A stretch of DNA of 64,000 nt from Candidatus Micrarchaeota archaeon (GTDB lineage Archaea > Micrarchaeota > Micrarchaeia > Micrarchaeales > CABMGC01), in contig JAGWGN010000001.1 of NCBI GenBank assembly GCA_028867335.1, positions 22,910 through 86,909 of the forward strand, read 5' to 3'. Below are positions 38,176-47,785 of the stretch, piece by piece. The notes beneath the pieces are model-generated. The model did no database searches, had not been told where the DNA came from, and saw nothing but the letters and a program-made list of their open reading frames with translations. A program made the translations under genes and the position numbers. Within the stretch, counting starts at the first letter, position 1, and every line of letters starts with the position of its first letter.

Positions 38176-39351
38176 TTGTTTGACCCAAGGCAGCTGATTT
38201 CACGCCTGATAAGTGCCTACTATAGGGACGCAACAGACCTCTATCCCAGGCACATAGAGAAGCGGGAGTTCAGCTTCGGCACATTCGATTCGAAGGTGGC
38301 CGGAAGGCACTTTGCCTTCGAGAGCGAGAAGAGGTTCACGGAATACCTCACCAGCGCAGCCCCGCTCTACGTCTCCTGCTCGCAGGCATACTACCGCTTC
38401 CCCGCCGCAAGGCCGATGGAGGCAAAGGTCCTGCTCGGGGCGGAGATGGTCTTCGATATAGACGCGACCGACATGAATTTGCCCTGCCAAAAGGAGCATG
38501 GCAAGAAGTGGGTCTGCGCAGTCTGCTTCGATGCCGTCAAGGCTGAGACGATAAAGCTGATAGAGGAGTTTCTCGTGCCGGATTTCGGGTTCGCCGAGAA
38601 GGAGATCGCGATAAACTTCAGCGGCAACAGGGGATACCACCTCCACATCAACTCAAAGAGCGTGCTCAAGCTCGACAACTACGCGAGGCGAGAGATAAGC
38701 GAGTACATCGCCGGGACGGGAATAAACTTCGACGAGTTCTTCCCCACAGTCGGGGTCGAGGGAACAAGACTCAAGAAGCTGATGGGCCCAAAGCCCACCG
38801 ACAAGGGATGGCAGGGAAAGATCGCAAATAATTTTCTAGACAGCCTAAATAAGGGGGTAGAGAGCCTCGAGGGGCTCGGAATGACCCCGATCCAGGCAAA
38901 GCAGCTCTACGAGAAGAGGGCGCTAGTCGAGCTTGGGATAAGGAGCGGAAACTGGGACATGGTTTTTATCAAGAAGAAGGACGAGTTCTGGAAGGGCGTG
39001 ATCGCAAAGCAGGCTATAATGCAGGGCGACAAGATAGACAAGAACGTAACCGCGGACCCCACTCACCTGCTCAGGCTGCCAAACTCGATTCACGGAGACA
39101 CGGGGCTGCTCGCAAAGAAGGTCGGCACAAGATCGAGCCTCGAAAAGTTCGAGCCGATGAAGGAGGGCATTGCATTTAGAAAAGGAGAGGCGAAGATCCA
39201 CGTCACAAATTCGCCGCAGCTCACAATAAACGGGCAGAGCTACGGCCCGTATGCCGACGAGGACGTCATACTTCCGATCTATGCCGCAGCGTACCTGCAC
39301 CTAAAGGGCGTAGGGTCAATCAAGGGATACCGCAGCTCCGCCAAAGCCTGA
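38176..39351 (+). CDS. priS: DNA primase catalytic subunit PriS
   Basis: KREFSF, VFDIDATD, FSGNRGYH, IDKNVT, LLRLPNSIHG. Confidence 0.95.
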   Translation: MFDPRQLISRLISAYYRDATDLYPRHIEKREFSFGTFDSKVAGRHFAFESEKRFTEYLTSAAPLYVSCSQAYYRFPAARPMEAKVLLGAEMVFDIDATDMNLPCQKEHGKKWVCAVCFDAVKAETIKLIEEFLVPDFGFAEKEIAINFSGNRGYHLHINSKSVLKLDNYARREISEYIAGTGINFDEFFPTVGVEGTRLKKLMGPKPTDKGWQGKIANNFLDSLNKGVESLEGLGMTPIQAKQLYEKRALVELGIRSGNWDMVFIKKKDEFWKGVIAKQAIMQGDKIDKNVTADPTHLLRLPNSIHGDTGLLAKKVGTRSSLEKFEPMKEGIAFRKGEAKIHVTNSPQLTINGQSYGPYADEDVILPIYAAAYLHLKGVGSIKGYRSSAKA

Positions 39352-39422
39352 TTTGGCCCATCGGCGCAAAACGATTGATAAGTCAAATATATAAACAGGG
39401 CAAGCCAACCACAACTGATCTA

Positions 39423-39851
39423 ATGCCGCAGTCTGTCAAGAAGGAATTGACTCCCGCCCAAAAGGAGATAGAGGCCTCGCTACTGAGGTCAGCGCAATCG
39501 AACTTCCGCTCAAGCAACATAGTCGTCGAGATGAAATACTTCGGCGACTGGGGCTATCCAAACCAGCTCATAAAAGTGCTGGGAGGGTATTTGGGCACAA
39601 CGACAAGGTCCGACGTGATAGACATAGGGGAGGACGGGGTGACGCTCTCAAGGCTTGAGGTCGGCTGCTTTAGCCAGCAGATACTTGGCAGCTACAAGCT
39701 CAGCTGGCAGAGAATCGAGGATTTGATAAGGACCGAACCAGGCACATTCAGGGACGGTCCAGTCGTCATCTCAAAGAAGGACCTCTACAGGCTCCTTGAG
39801 CTCAAAGGCACCTACAAGGAGAGGGAGGAAGAAGCGCTAAAGCGATCATAG
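39423..39851 (+). CDS. Hypothetical protein
   Basis: ORF with TATATAAA upstream. Confidence 0.65.
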   Translation: MPQSVKKELTPAQKEIEASLLRSAQSNFRSSNIVVEMKYFGDWGYPNQLIKVLGGYLGTTTRSDVIDIGEDGVTLSRLEVGCFSQQILGSYKLSWQRIEDLIRTEPGTFRDGPVVISKKDLYRLLELKGTYKEREEEALKRS

Positions 39852-39859
39852 ATGATAAA

Positions 39860-40129
39860 ATGAAGGAAAAACTGACCGGGACCCTGTATGTGGGCTGCGA
39901 GGAGAAGGCGATCGATTCCGTCGTGAAGGAGATAAGGCGATTGCATCCCGAGGCGAGAGGGGGCAAGGTGATGAAGGGATTTAGGGCCCACAACGCTGAG
40001 ATAATAATGACTCTCAAGGTGTCAGATCAAAAGGAGCTGTCGGCCCTTGGCAAGTCCCTCTTCGCCGCGATGCGGGGGATAAGGGCCATCCAGCCAACAA
40101 TCGAAGTGAGCGGCACGGCAACGGGTTGA
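39860..40129 (+). CDS. Small ferredoxin-fold (Lrp/AsnC ligand-binding-like) protein
   Basis: Beta-alpha-beta-beta-alpha-beta pattern by eye. Confidence 0.45.
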   Translation: MKEKLTGTLYVGCEEKAIDSVVKEIRRLHPEARGGKVMKGFRAHNAEIIMTLKVSDQKELSALGKSLFAAMRGIRAIQPTIEVSGTATG

Positions 40130-40231
40130 ATTGTGCCACAAATAAGCAATCCTTTTATAATCTTTCAACAGAATATATTTGTACTTTTCAGATATTTTTC
40201 ACACATTTAGAAGAACGCATCGGTGCATAGG

Positions 40232-40810
40232 ATGGGCGCATACAAATACATAAAACAGAGCTTCGAGCAGAGCTACAAGGAGAGAGGGGACGAGCTCAAG
40301 CAGAGAATATCCGCCTGGAGAAGGGACGGGGCGGTCGTCAAGCTCAGCGGGCCGACAAACATCGCAAGGGCAAGGGAGCTCGGATACAAGGCAAAGCCGG
40401 GAGTCGTCGTCGCAAGGATCAAGATACCAAAGGGTCTCTCAAAGAGGCCAAAGCCTGTGAGAGGAAGAAAGCCATCAAAGACGGGAAGATTTTACGCTTA
40501 TGCAAAGTCGCTTCAGTCAAGGGCGGAGGAAAGGGCCGCACGCAAGTTCGACAACTGCGAACTGCTCAACTCATACTATGTCGGAGAGGACGGAGAGTAC
40601 AAATTCTTCGAGGCGATACTAGTCGACAGGACAGCGCCGACCGTGCTAAGCGACAAGCAGCTATCCCAGGTGATCTCCCAGAAGAGCAGGGTCTACAGGG
40701 GACTATCAAGCTCCGGAAGAAAGCACAGGGGAATAAGGATCAGGGGCTTTGGGACAAACCAGAACAGGCCAAGCGTAAGGGCAGGAAGGAGAAACATCTA
40801 CAGGAACTAG
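40232..40810 (+). CDS. rpl15e: 50S ribosomal protein L15e
   Basis: MGAYKY, ARELGYKAKPG, LNSYYVGEDG, RVYRGLSSSG. Confidence 0.96.
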   Translation: MGAYKYIKQSFEQSYKERGDELKQRISAWRRDGAVVKLSGPTNIARARELGYKAKPGVVVARIKIPKGLSKRPKPVRGRKPSKTGRFYAYAKSLQSRAEERAARKFDNCELLNSYYVGEDGEYKFFEAILVDRTAPTVLSDKQLSQVISQKSRVYRGLSSSGRKHRGIRIRGFGTNQNRPSVRAGRRNIYRN

Positions 40811-40818
40811 ATGCTGCC

Positions 40819-41130
40819 ATGCGAGTGCGCATAATCGTAAAGGGAAAGGTCCAGGGCGTCGGTTTTAGAAATTTCATAAGGGTCACTGCAAAGTACAGCA
40901 ACCTCAGGGGCCTGGTCAGAAATCTAAGCGATGGCAGCGTCGAGATCTTCGCGGAGGGCAGCGAGGAGAACATCGCAAAGATGGTCAATATAATAAAGAC
41001 GAACATCGGGATAACTGTCCCCGCAAGAATCGACAACGTGGACCTCTATAACGAGGGCTCCGAGAACTTCATGCCCGCATGGAAGGAATACGCTGACAAG
41101 TTCTCGATAGACAGAAAGACAAGTGATTGA
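40819..41130 (+). CDS. acyP: Acylphosphatase
   Basis: GKVQGVGFR, GLVRNLSDGSVEI. Confidence 0.93.
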   Translation: MRVRIIVKGKVQGVGFRNFIRVTAKYSNLRGLVRNLSDGSVEIFAEGSEENIAKMVNIIKTNIGITVPARIDNVDLYNEGSENFMPAWKEYADKFSIDRKTSD

Positions 41131-41358
41131 TTGTTTAGCGCATCAGTAAAACTAGAGCTCGGGAAGGAGGCGAAAGAATATTTTGCGTTGCTAGACAAGA
41201 AGCTTAACTACAAGAGGAGCAAAGTCTCGGTAAAGCTAAGCAAAAACACTCTACTAATCGAAGTGAAAGCAGAAGATCCTATCGCGCTTGTAGCCTCTAT
41301 TGGCAGCATCCTCAAGCAGATAAGGATAATTGGAAACGCAGAAAAATTATTTGATTGA
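41131..41358 (+). CDS. pcc1: KEOPS subunit Pcc1-like
   Basis: KRSKVSV...LLIEVKAEDPIALVASIGSILKQI. Confidence 0.7.
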   Translation: MFSASVKLELGKEAKEYFALLDKKLNYKRSKVSVKLSKNTLLIEVKAEDPIALVASIGSILKQIRIIGNAEKLFD

Positions 41359-41702
41359 AGAGAAGGCATAAAAGGTTTCAATTGCTCATTTTATTCGATA
41401 AAGTGTCAGGACAAAAAGTCAGTAGAACAAAACTTGTAGAAGCAGACGTCATCCTCCAAGTTTCAGATGGACGAGGCATCACAACCTTGAAAAATGCTCT
41501 TCTCGACTCATTCAACAACCTAAAGGAAGTAATGCTAGCGCGGGAAATTAAGGGCAATATCCTCGGAAAATATACGATACACGCAACTGCAGTAATCGAT
41601 CCTCAAAAAGCACTTCCCCTTCAGAGAGCACTCAGGAGATTCAGTACCGATAAAAGCGTTGCAACCTTTCTAAAGGCAAAAGTTAACGTAGTTATAGAAT
41701 AA
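41355..41702 (+). CDS. Hypothetical protein
   Basis: 115-aa ORF overlapping the pcc1 stop. Confidence 0.5.
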   Translation: MKRRHKRFQLLILFDKVSGQKVSRTKLVEADVILQVSDGRGITTLKNALLDSFNNLKEVMLAREIKGNILGKYTIHATAVIDPQKALPLQRALRRFSTDKSVATFLKAKVNVVIE

Positions 41703-41742
41703 TCTTAAATTCTTTCACAGCAATAATATTTTAGGAATTGAA

Positions 41743-41943
41743 ATGCCAACAAAGTTAAAGTTAACGCCAAAGCAGTCAATAGAGCAGGGCAAGTGCATAG
41801 AGTGCGGAAAGGATCTAAATGATATGTACGCCGAAAAGAAGGAGACAAAGATTGGGCTTTTCTGCGCAGATGACTACTACACGCAACTTGGGAACCACAT
41901 CGAAAAGCATCCCCTCGGCGGCCCGCATACAAGACGAGGGTAA
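41743..41943 (+). CDS. Small zinc-finger-like protein
   Basis: CIECG...FCADDYY...IEKHPLG. Confidence 0.65.
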   Translation: MPTKLKLTPKQSIEQGKCIECGKDLNDMYAEKKETKIGLFCADDYYTQLGNHIEKHPLGGPHTRRG

Positions 41944-42090
41944 TTCACCCAAAATCCCTTCTTTTATCGGATTTATTTCGCTGTTCCACTATTAGCGATA
42001 TGCTTATAAATATAAGTCGACTAATTAATTCGAATACTCTCAGTTTTAATGCTCTACTTTACGGTTAAAGTGAGTTAAGAAGTGTTTACT

Positions 42091-43065
42091 ATGAGACGAG
42101 GCTCTATGGAATATTGGCCACACAGGAGGGCCAAGAAAGTTATGCCGCGGGTTCGCAACTGGCCCGACATAGCAGCGCCATCATTCACAGGGCTCGTAGC
42201 ATTCAAGGCAGGAATGACGCACGTAGGATTGATCGACGACAGCGAGGAATCATCGAAGGGAACTGAGGTCATCAAGCCGGTGACTGTCCTCGAATTCCCG
42301 AGGGTTTTCATCTACGGAGTAAGATTCTATTCAAGAAAGGCAAACCAGTACACTGGAGTAACAAAGGACCTCTATGTGAAGGAGCTTGCATCGAAGCTCG
42401 GCATCAACAAGACCTCAAACACAACGGACAAGCTTGAGGAGGTGAAGAAGGAGATGTCACACATAACAAACGTTTCAGCGCTCGCATACCTCGACGCATC
42501 GCCTCTCGGATTCGGCAGCAAGAGATGGATGAGGTTCGAGCTTGACGTCGGAGGGAAGGACAACGCGGAAAAGCTCACGTTCATTGAGCAGTGGCTCGGA
42601 AAGGAGGTAAAGGCAAAGGACTTCCTAGGCGAAGGCGACTATCTCGACGTAAAGTCGATCTCAAAAGGAAAGGGATGGGCCGGAGTCATCAAGAGATACG
42701 GAGTCGCAAGGCTCATGAGAAAGGCAACCCAGAAGATCAGGCACACGGGAACCATGGGAGCATGGCACCCGCCAAAGGTCCTCTACACGATCCCTCAGGC
42801 CGGTCACATGGGATACAACTACAGATCCGAGATGAACAAGAGAGTCCTCAAGGTCGGAACGGCGGCAGAGGCAAACCAGATCAACGTCAAGGGAGGCTAC
42901 CTAAACTACGGCCTCGTCAAAAACGATTTCATACTTCTTGAAGGTTCAATTCCGGGAGTCCCAAAGAGGCTCGTGAGGATCAGAAAGGCAATTAGAAACA
43001 AGACGGTTGCAAAGAAGCCACAGTTGACATACATCTCAACCGCATCAAAGCAGGGTGCCGCATAA
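42091..43065 (+). CDS. rpl3: 50S ribosomal protein L3
   Basis: RRGSMEYWPHRRA, FKAGMTH, SKGKGWAGVIKR, QAGHMGY. Confidence 0.97.
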   Translation: MRRGSMEYWPHRRAKKVMPRVRNWPDIAAPSFTGLVAFKAGMTHVGLIDDSEESSKGTEVIKPVTVLEFPRVFIYGVRFYSRKANQYTGVTKDLYVKELASKLGINKTSNTTDKLEEVKKEMSHITNVSALAYLDASPLGFGSKRWMRFELDVGGKDNAEKLTFIEQWLGKEVKAKDFLGEGDYLDVKSISKGKGWAGVIKRYGVARLMRKATQKIRHTGTMGAWHPPKVLYTIPQAGHMGYNYRSEMNKRVLKVGTAAEANQINVKGGYLNYGLVKNDFILLEGSIPGVPKRLVRIRKAIRNKTVAKKPQLTYISTASKQGAA

Positions 43066-43066
43066 T

Positions 43067-43864
43067 ATGGAAACATCACTTTATCAAATTGACGGCAAGG
43101 TGGAGAAAAAGATAGCTCTGCCGGAGACGTTCGCAAAGCCATTTAGGCCAGACCTTGTAAGGAGGGCAATACTCGCAGAGCAGTCTCTAAAGTATCAGCC
43201 ACAGGGACACTTCATAAGCGCGGGAATGCAGACCAGCGCGATGTACATCGGAGAATATTCGACATGGAGAACAGGACGTCACATGGGAACCGCAATAAGA
43301 CCGAGACAGAAGCTCGCAGGCGGCGCACAGGGAGAGGTCAGAAAAATTCCTTCCGCAAAGAAGGGAAGAAGGGCACACCCTCACCAGGTCGAGAAGATAA
43401 TCATAGAAAGAATCAACGCGGTCGAGTACAGAAGGGCACTTGAGTCCGCAATCGCAGGAACCGCAAAGCCTGACGCAATAAAGGAGAGGCACACAGTCAA
43501 GCTCGCAGCAGTTCCAATCGTGATGGACAACAAGATCGAGTCCATCACAAAGACAAATGAGCTAATCAAAGTCCTCAAAGGCCTAGGCCTAGAGGAGGAC
43601 CTTCAGAAGTCTCACGACCCGAAGCTAAGAAAGGGACTTAGGAGACTATCAAAGCGAAGGCTCTTCAGAAAGTCAGTTCTCATAATCGTAAAGGATGCAG
43701 CAAAGATCGGCAAGGCGGGAAGAAACATCCCTGGAGTCGATGTCATGTCGATTGACAAGATGACTGTTGGAAACGTCGCGCCAGGAGCAATCCCAAGGGT
43801 GACGATCTACTCCGAGCACGCAATCAACGGAATGGTAGAGGCAGTGAAGAAGGCAAAATTGTGA
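43067..43864 (+). CDS. rpl4: 50S ribosomal protein L4
   Basis: RPDLVRRA, AGMQTSA, GRRAHP, RNIPGVDV. Confidence 0.96.
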   Translation: METSLYQIDGKVEKKIALPETFAKPFRPDLVRRAILAEQSLKYQPQGHFISAGMQTSAMYIGEYSTWRTGRHMGTAIRPRQKLAGGAQGEVRKIPSAKKGRRAHPHQVEKIIIERINAVEYRRALESAIAGTAKPDAIKERHTVKLAAVPIVMDNKIESITKTNELIKVLKGLGLEEDLQKSHDPKLRKGLRRLSKRRLFRKSVLIIVKDAAKIGKAGRNIPGVDVMSIDKMTVGNVAPGAIPRVTIYSEHAINGMVEAVKKAKL

Positions 43865-43868
43865 TCAC

Positions 43869-44120
43869 ATGGCAACACTAATGTACCCGATAGCAACAGA
43901 AAAGGCAATAAACATGATCGAGAAAAGCAACATAATCGAGTACGTAGTCGACATGAGGGCGACAAAGCCCGAGATCAAGGCTGAGTTCGAGAAGATATTC
44001 AAGGTAAAGGTGAAGAGCGTCGCAACTGCGCTAACGCCTAGGAACACGAAGAAGGCTTACATCAAGATCGCCCCTGCGTTCAAGGCATCCGACATCGCCC
44101 TGAAGTTGAAACTGGTATAA
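43869..44120 (+). CDS. rpl23: 50S ribosomal protein L23
   Basis: PIATEKA, ATKPEIK, KKAYIK. Confidence 0.95.
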   Translation: MATLMYPIATEKAINMIEKSNIIEYVVDMRATKPEIKAEFEKIFKVKVKSVATALTPRNTKKAYIKIAPAFKASDIALKLKLV

Positions 44121-44136
44121 TTAGAAAGGTTAGAAA

Positions 44137-44853
44137 ATGGGTAAAAAGCTCAAGCAGCAACGACGTGGAAAAGGCTCAAATGCCTACAGAAAGCCGCCAA
44201 ACCGCTTCAAGGCGGACATCGTTATTGGAAACGCCGTTCTTTCAGGGAAGATTTACGCTGAGGTAATCGAGTTCGTCGACGATCCAGGGCACACGGCCCC
44301 GCTCATGCTTGTCAAGTACGACGACATGAGGGAGCAGATGTTCATCGCCCCAGAGGGAATCAAGGTCGGGGACAGGATACAGATCGGGCCTGAGGCGGCA
44401 ATCGGAATCGGAAACATAACATACATTTCAAAGATCCCAGAGGGTCTTCCCGTCTACAACATAGAGAGAACCCCGGGAGACGGAGGAAAGCTCGTCCGCG
44501 CTGCAGGAAGCTTTGCAACAATCATCGGACACACGGAGAACACGACAACAATCAACATGCCTTCAAAGAAGCCAATTGAGCTCAGCAACATGTGCAGGGC
44601 GGAGATCGGAATAATCTCGGGAGGAGGAATGGAGATGCTTCCAATCATGAAGGCAGGAAAGAACCATTACATTAAGCATGCAATCAATGCGAAGTGGCCC
44701 GTAAACAGGGGAGTAAAGTCAAACCCTGTGGACCACCCGTTCGGAGGTAAACAGCACCACAAGGGAGCGAGCTCGATGATCTCGAGGAACGCGCCTCCAG
44801 GGGCTAAGGTCGGACACATTGCCGCACGCAGAGTAGGAAGAAAGAAGAGATGA
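44137..44853 (+). CDS. rpl2: 50S ribosomal protein L2
   Basis: QRRGKG, DPGHTAP, PGDGGKLVRAAG, NPVDHPFGG. Confidence 0.97.
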   Translation: MGKKLKQQRRGKGSNAYRKPPNRFKADIVIGNAVLSGKIYAEVIEFVDDPGHTAPLMLVKYDDMREQMFIAPEGIKVGDRIQIGPEAAIGIGNITYISKIPEGLPVYNIERTPGDGGKLVRAAGSFATIIGHTENTTTINMPSKKPIELSNMCRAEIGIISGGGMEMLPIMKAGKNHYIKHAINAKWPVNRGVKSNPVDHPFGGKQHHKGASSMISRNAPPGAKVGHIAARRVGRKKR

Positions 44854-44857
44854 GCAT

Positions 44858-45244
44858 ATGGCGCGAGTTTACACATTTAGAGGACTTACGATCGAGGAGC
44901 TTCAGAAGCTTAACCTTGAGCAGTTCACGGCACTGCTAAAGTCAAGGCAGAGAAGGGCGATCGAGAGGATGGGAATCCAGTACAAGGAGCTCATCGCAAA
45001 GGTCGAGAAGGCAAAGAAGACTGGCAAGGTAGTCAAGACGCACGAGAGAGACGGAGTGATCCTCCCATCGTGGGTCGGGATGAATTTCGCGGTTCATACA
45101 GGAAAGGAGTTCAAGCAGATGGAGATTCGAGTAGAGATGCTCGGACACAGACTCGGCGAGTTCGCATTCTCAACTAAGAGGGTGCAGCACAGCGCTCCTG
45201 GTATCAGGGCAACAAGAGGTAGCAAGTTCCTCGCGGTGAAGTAA
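44858..45244 (+). CDS. rps19: 30S ribosomal protein S19
   Basis: FRGLTIEEL, KTHERD, EMLGHRLGEF, PGIRATRGS. Confidence 0.96.
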   Translation: MARVYTFRGLTIEELQKLNLEQFTALLKSRQRRAIERMGIQYKELIAKVEKAKKTGKVVKTHERDGVILPSWVGMNFAVHTGKEFKQMEIRVEMLGHRLGEFAFSTKRVQHSAPGIRATRGSKFLAVK

Positions 45245-46044
45245 TGGGATATAGTTTCAATATTGGCGGTGAGTTCATCAAGGCTCAGAAGACGGGCATC
45301 AACGCTAGCTACAAGGATCTCTCGATTGTCTGCAATGCAATCCGGTACACAAGGGCGGCAAACGCGCTTCACATAATCGACAAGCTGATCTCGATGGAGA
45401 TGCCGATCGCATTCACAAAGTACAACAAGTACATGGGCGCAAGGCACGAGCTCCACGGCAGAAAGGGTGCATACCCTATCAAGGCCGCAAAGGAGATAAG
45501 AGTGGTCATCCAGAACGCTCTTGCAAATGCGGACAACAAGGGAATGGTCGATGCAGACACGATGTTCATCGTTCATGCAGCCGCAAACAAGACCCAGACA
45601 ATTAGAAGGCAGCCAAGCAAGGGTTCGCTTGCACAGGGAAGGGGAATGTACGGAAGGAGCGCAATCAACCACAGCGACATCGAGCTCGCAAAGGTCGAGA
45701 TCATACTTGGAACAGGAACGGAGGAATCCCTCTCATCCAACATGAAGTACTTCATGAAGAAGAAGGACACAAAGCCGATCGTCAGAAAGGCTGCTCCAAA
45801 GGCGCCAGCAAAGAAGATGCCAAAGAGCGTCGACGCGACAAACCCTGCGGAGATGCAGAAGCTCGCGACCGCAATCAAGGAGAACATGCCAAAGAAGCAG
45901 GCAGCAGAACACACTCATACTCACGAGGAACACGCACATGCGACCCACGACCACGCGGCGCACAGCCACGAACACGAGGGACATTCGCATGAGCACGAAC
46001 ACCAGCATGAGCAAAAGGAAGTGAAGAAGGAACACAAAGAGTAG
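45244..46044 (+). CDS. rpl22: 50S ribosomal protein L22 with long Lys/Ala- and His-rich C-terminal extension
   Basis: GAYPIKAA, NALANADNKG core; position between S19 and S3. Confidence 0.93.
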   Translation: MGYSFNIGGEFIKAQKTGINASYKDLSIVCNAIRYTRAANALHIIDKLISMEMPIAFTKYNKYMGARHELHGRKGAYPIKAAKEIRVVIQNALANADNKGMVDADTMFIVHAAANKTQTIRRQPSKGSLAQGRGMYGRSAINHSDIELAKVEIILGTGTEESLSSNMKYFMKKKDTKPIVRKAAPKAPAKKMPKSVDATNPAEMQKLATAIKENMPKKQAAEHTHTHEEHAHATHDHAAHSHEHEGHSHEHEHQHEQKEVKKEHKE

Positions 46045-46053
46045 AATGATATC

Positions 46054-46680
46054 ATGGTAATAGAGAGAAAATTCATAGAGGACGCAATGGTGAAGGACAA
46101 GGTCTCAAAGTACCTTGAGAAGACGCTCACAAGGGCAGGCTTCTCAAGAGTGGAGATCCAAAAGACACCGCTTCTAACCAGAATCACGGTCTTTGTAACC
46201 ACCCCAGGAAAGGTAATCGGAAGGGGAGGAGAGACAATCAACGCGCTCACGGAGACCCTCAAGTCAAGGTTCCATGTCGACAACCCTCAGATAAGCGTAT
46301 CTGAGGTCTCAAACCCAAGGCTTGAGCCAAGGCTTGTCGCAAGATACGTCGCAAACTCGCTTGAGAGGGGCGCAAACGCAAGGTCACTGCTTCACTCGGT
46401 TGTCAGGGATATCATGATGAATGGCGCACTAGGCGCTGAAGTTATCGCCTCAGGAAAGCTCGCAGCAAAGGGAGCAAAGAAGAGGAGGATCAAGGTAAGG
46501 CTCGGATACATGCCAATGGCCGGAGACACGGTCAAGCTTGTCGACTCCGCAGCCCTTGCCGCGTACCCTAAGTACGGTGCAATCGGAATAAAGGTCAGGA
46601 TCGTGCAGCCGGGAACGGTCTTCCCAGACAGGAAGGCAACGCCGATCGCGCTTCCAAAGAGCATCGCCGCAGCCCAATAG
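46054..46680 (+). CDS. rps3: 30S ribosomal protein S3
   Basis: IERKFI, PGKVIGRGG KH motif, GALGAEVIASGKL. Confidence 0.96.
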   Translation: MVIERKFIEDAMVKDKVSKYLEKTLTRAGFSRVEIQKTPLLTRITVFVTTPGKVIGRGGETINALTETLKSRFHVDNPQISVSEVSNPRLEPRLVARYVANSLERGANARSLLHSVVRDIMMNGALGAEVIASGKLAAKGAKKRRIKVRLGYMPMAGDTVKLVDSAALAAYPKYGAIGIKVRIVQPGTVFPDRKATPIALPKSIAAAQ

Positions 46681-46702
46681 TATTTATATCAGAAAAGAGA
46701 AA

Positions 46703-46909
46703 ATGATTGTTATGCACATAAAGGATTTGAGATCACTTGCGCCTGAAGCGCTCAAGGCAAAGCTAGCCGAGGTCCGATTCGAGCTCGGGATAGAAAGGAG
46801 AAAGATTGCCTCAACTGGAGTAGCAAGCAAGAAGATCAAGTCAAGAGAGATGAAGCGAACGATCGCACAGATTCTAACCCTGCTAAAGGAAAAAGGTGTC
46901 GCTGAGTAA
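46703..46909 (+). CDS. rpl29: 50S ribosomal protein L29
   Basis: KDLRSL...KRTIAQILT. Confidence 0.9.
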   Translation: MIVMHIKDLRSLAPEALKAKLAEVRFELGIERRKIASTGVASKKIKSREMKRTIAQILTLLKEKGVAE

Positions 46910-47211
46910 TGGCTGAAATATGTCCTAAATGCGGCCTGCCAAAGGAGCTTTGCGTGTGCGATGTCCTTGACAGGGAGACCACCAAGAAGATCAAAGTCTC
47001 AAAAGTGAAGAAGAAGTTCCAAAAGTACATGACCATAGTCGAAGGGCTCACCGGAGAGGAGCTTGAGAGGACCGCAAAGTCGCTTAAGACTCGCCTTGCC
47101 TGCGGAGGGACCTACAAGAACGGGGTCATCGAGCTGCAGGGAGACCACAAGGACCAGGTAAAGAAGGAGCTGCTAAAGCTGGGATACCCGGAGAGCAGCA
47201 TCGACGCTTAA
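46909..47211 (+). CDS. sui1: Translation initiation factor aIF-1 (SUI1)
   Basis: CPKCGLPKELCVC, LACGGT, IELQGDH. Confidence 0.95.
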   Translation: MAEICPKCGLPKELCVCDVLDRETTKKIKVSKVKKKFQKYMTIVEGLTGEELERTAKSLKTRLACGGTYKNGVIELQGDHKDQVKKELLKLGYPESSIDA

Positions 47212-47287
47212 AACTTTTTCTATAAAAAATTAGATTTTTTTCGCAGGATTTAAAAGTAAATCCGTCAAATTAAATAACACTGATTTG

Positions 47288-47545
47288 ATGAGAGTGGTAG
47301 TGGATCCTAAAGTCGAAAAAGTATTTACCACCTTTCCAAAATTTGTACAATCCAGATTATTAAAAAAGATAAATCTGCTAGAAAGATTTCCTTTAATAAA
47401 TGCAGACATAAAGAAATTAGGGGATGGCGTATACAGAATGAGATCTGGAAGATACAGGCTACTATTTAGGGCTAAAAAGGAAAAAGATTTAATTGTTGTT
47501 TACGAAATAGATACAAGAGGAAAGATAAGTTATGCAAAAGGTTAG
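47288..47545 (+). CDS. RelE/ParE family toxin
   Basis: DIKKLG..YRMRSGRYRLLF...IDTRGKIY-like tail; AT-rich. Confidence 0.8.
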   Translation: MRVVVDPKVEKVFTTFPKFVQSRLLKKINLLERFPLINADIKKLGDGVYRMRSGRYRLLFRAKKEKDLIVVYEIDTRGKISYAKG

Positions 47546-47771
47546 CCTTGTGAAAATGCACCGAGACATCGAAAAGCTAAAGAAGGCCGTAAATACACTC
47601 AACCAGAAGATACGATTCAGAGGAGATTCCATCAAAATAGAAAGAATAGACGAAAGCAAGCTCTCCCCACTCCAGAGAAGGAGACTAAAAGAGGTTGACA
47701 GGCAAATAGAAAGTGGGAATTTAAAGAATTTTCTTACGCTAAACGAATTGAAAAAGAAATATCATCTTTAA
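47532..47771 (+). CDS. Putative antitoxin (downstream of toxin)
   Basis: Overlaps toxin; LSP...RLKE...IESG...LTLNELKK tail typical of archaeal RelB-like partners. Confidence 0.6.
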   Translation: MQKVSLVKMHRDIEKLKKAVNTLNQKIRFRGDSIKIERIDESKLSPLQRRRLKEVDRQIESGNLKNFLTLNELKKKYHL

Positions 47772-47785
47772 TTACACGTGCTAAA

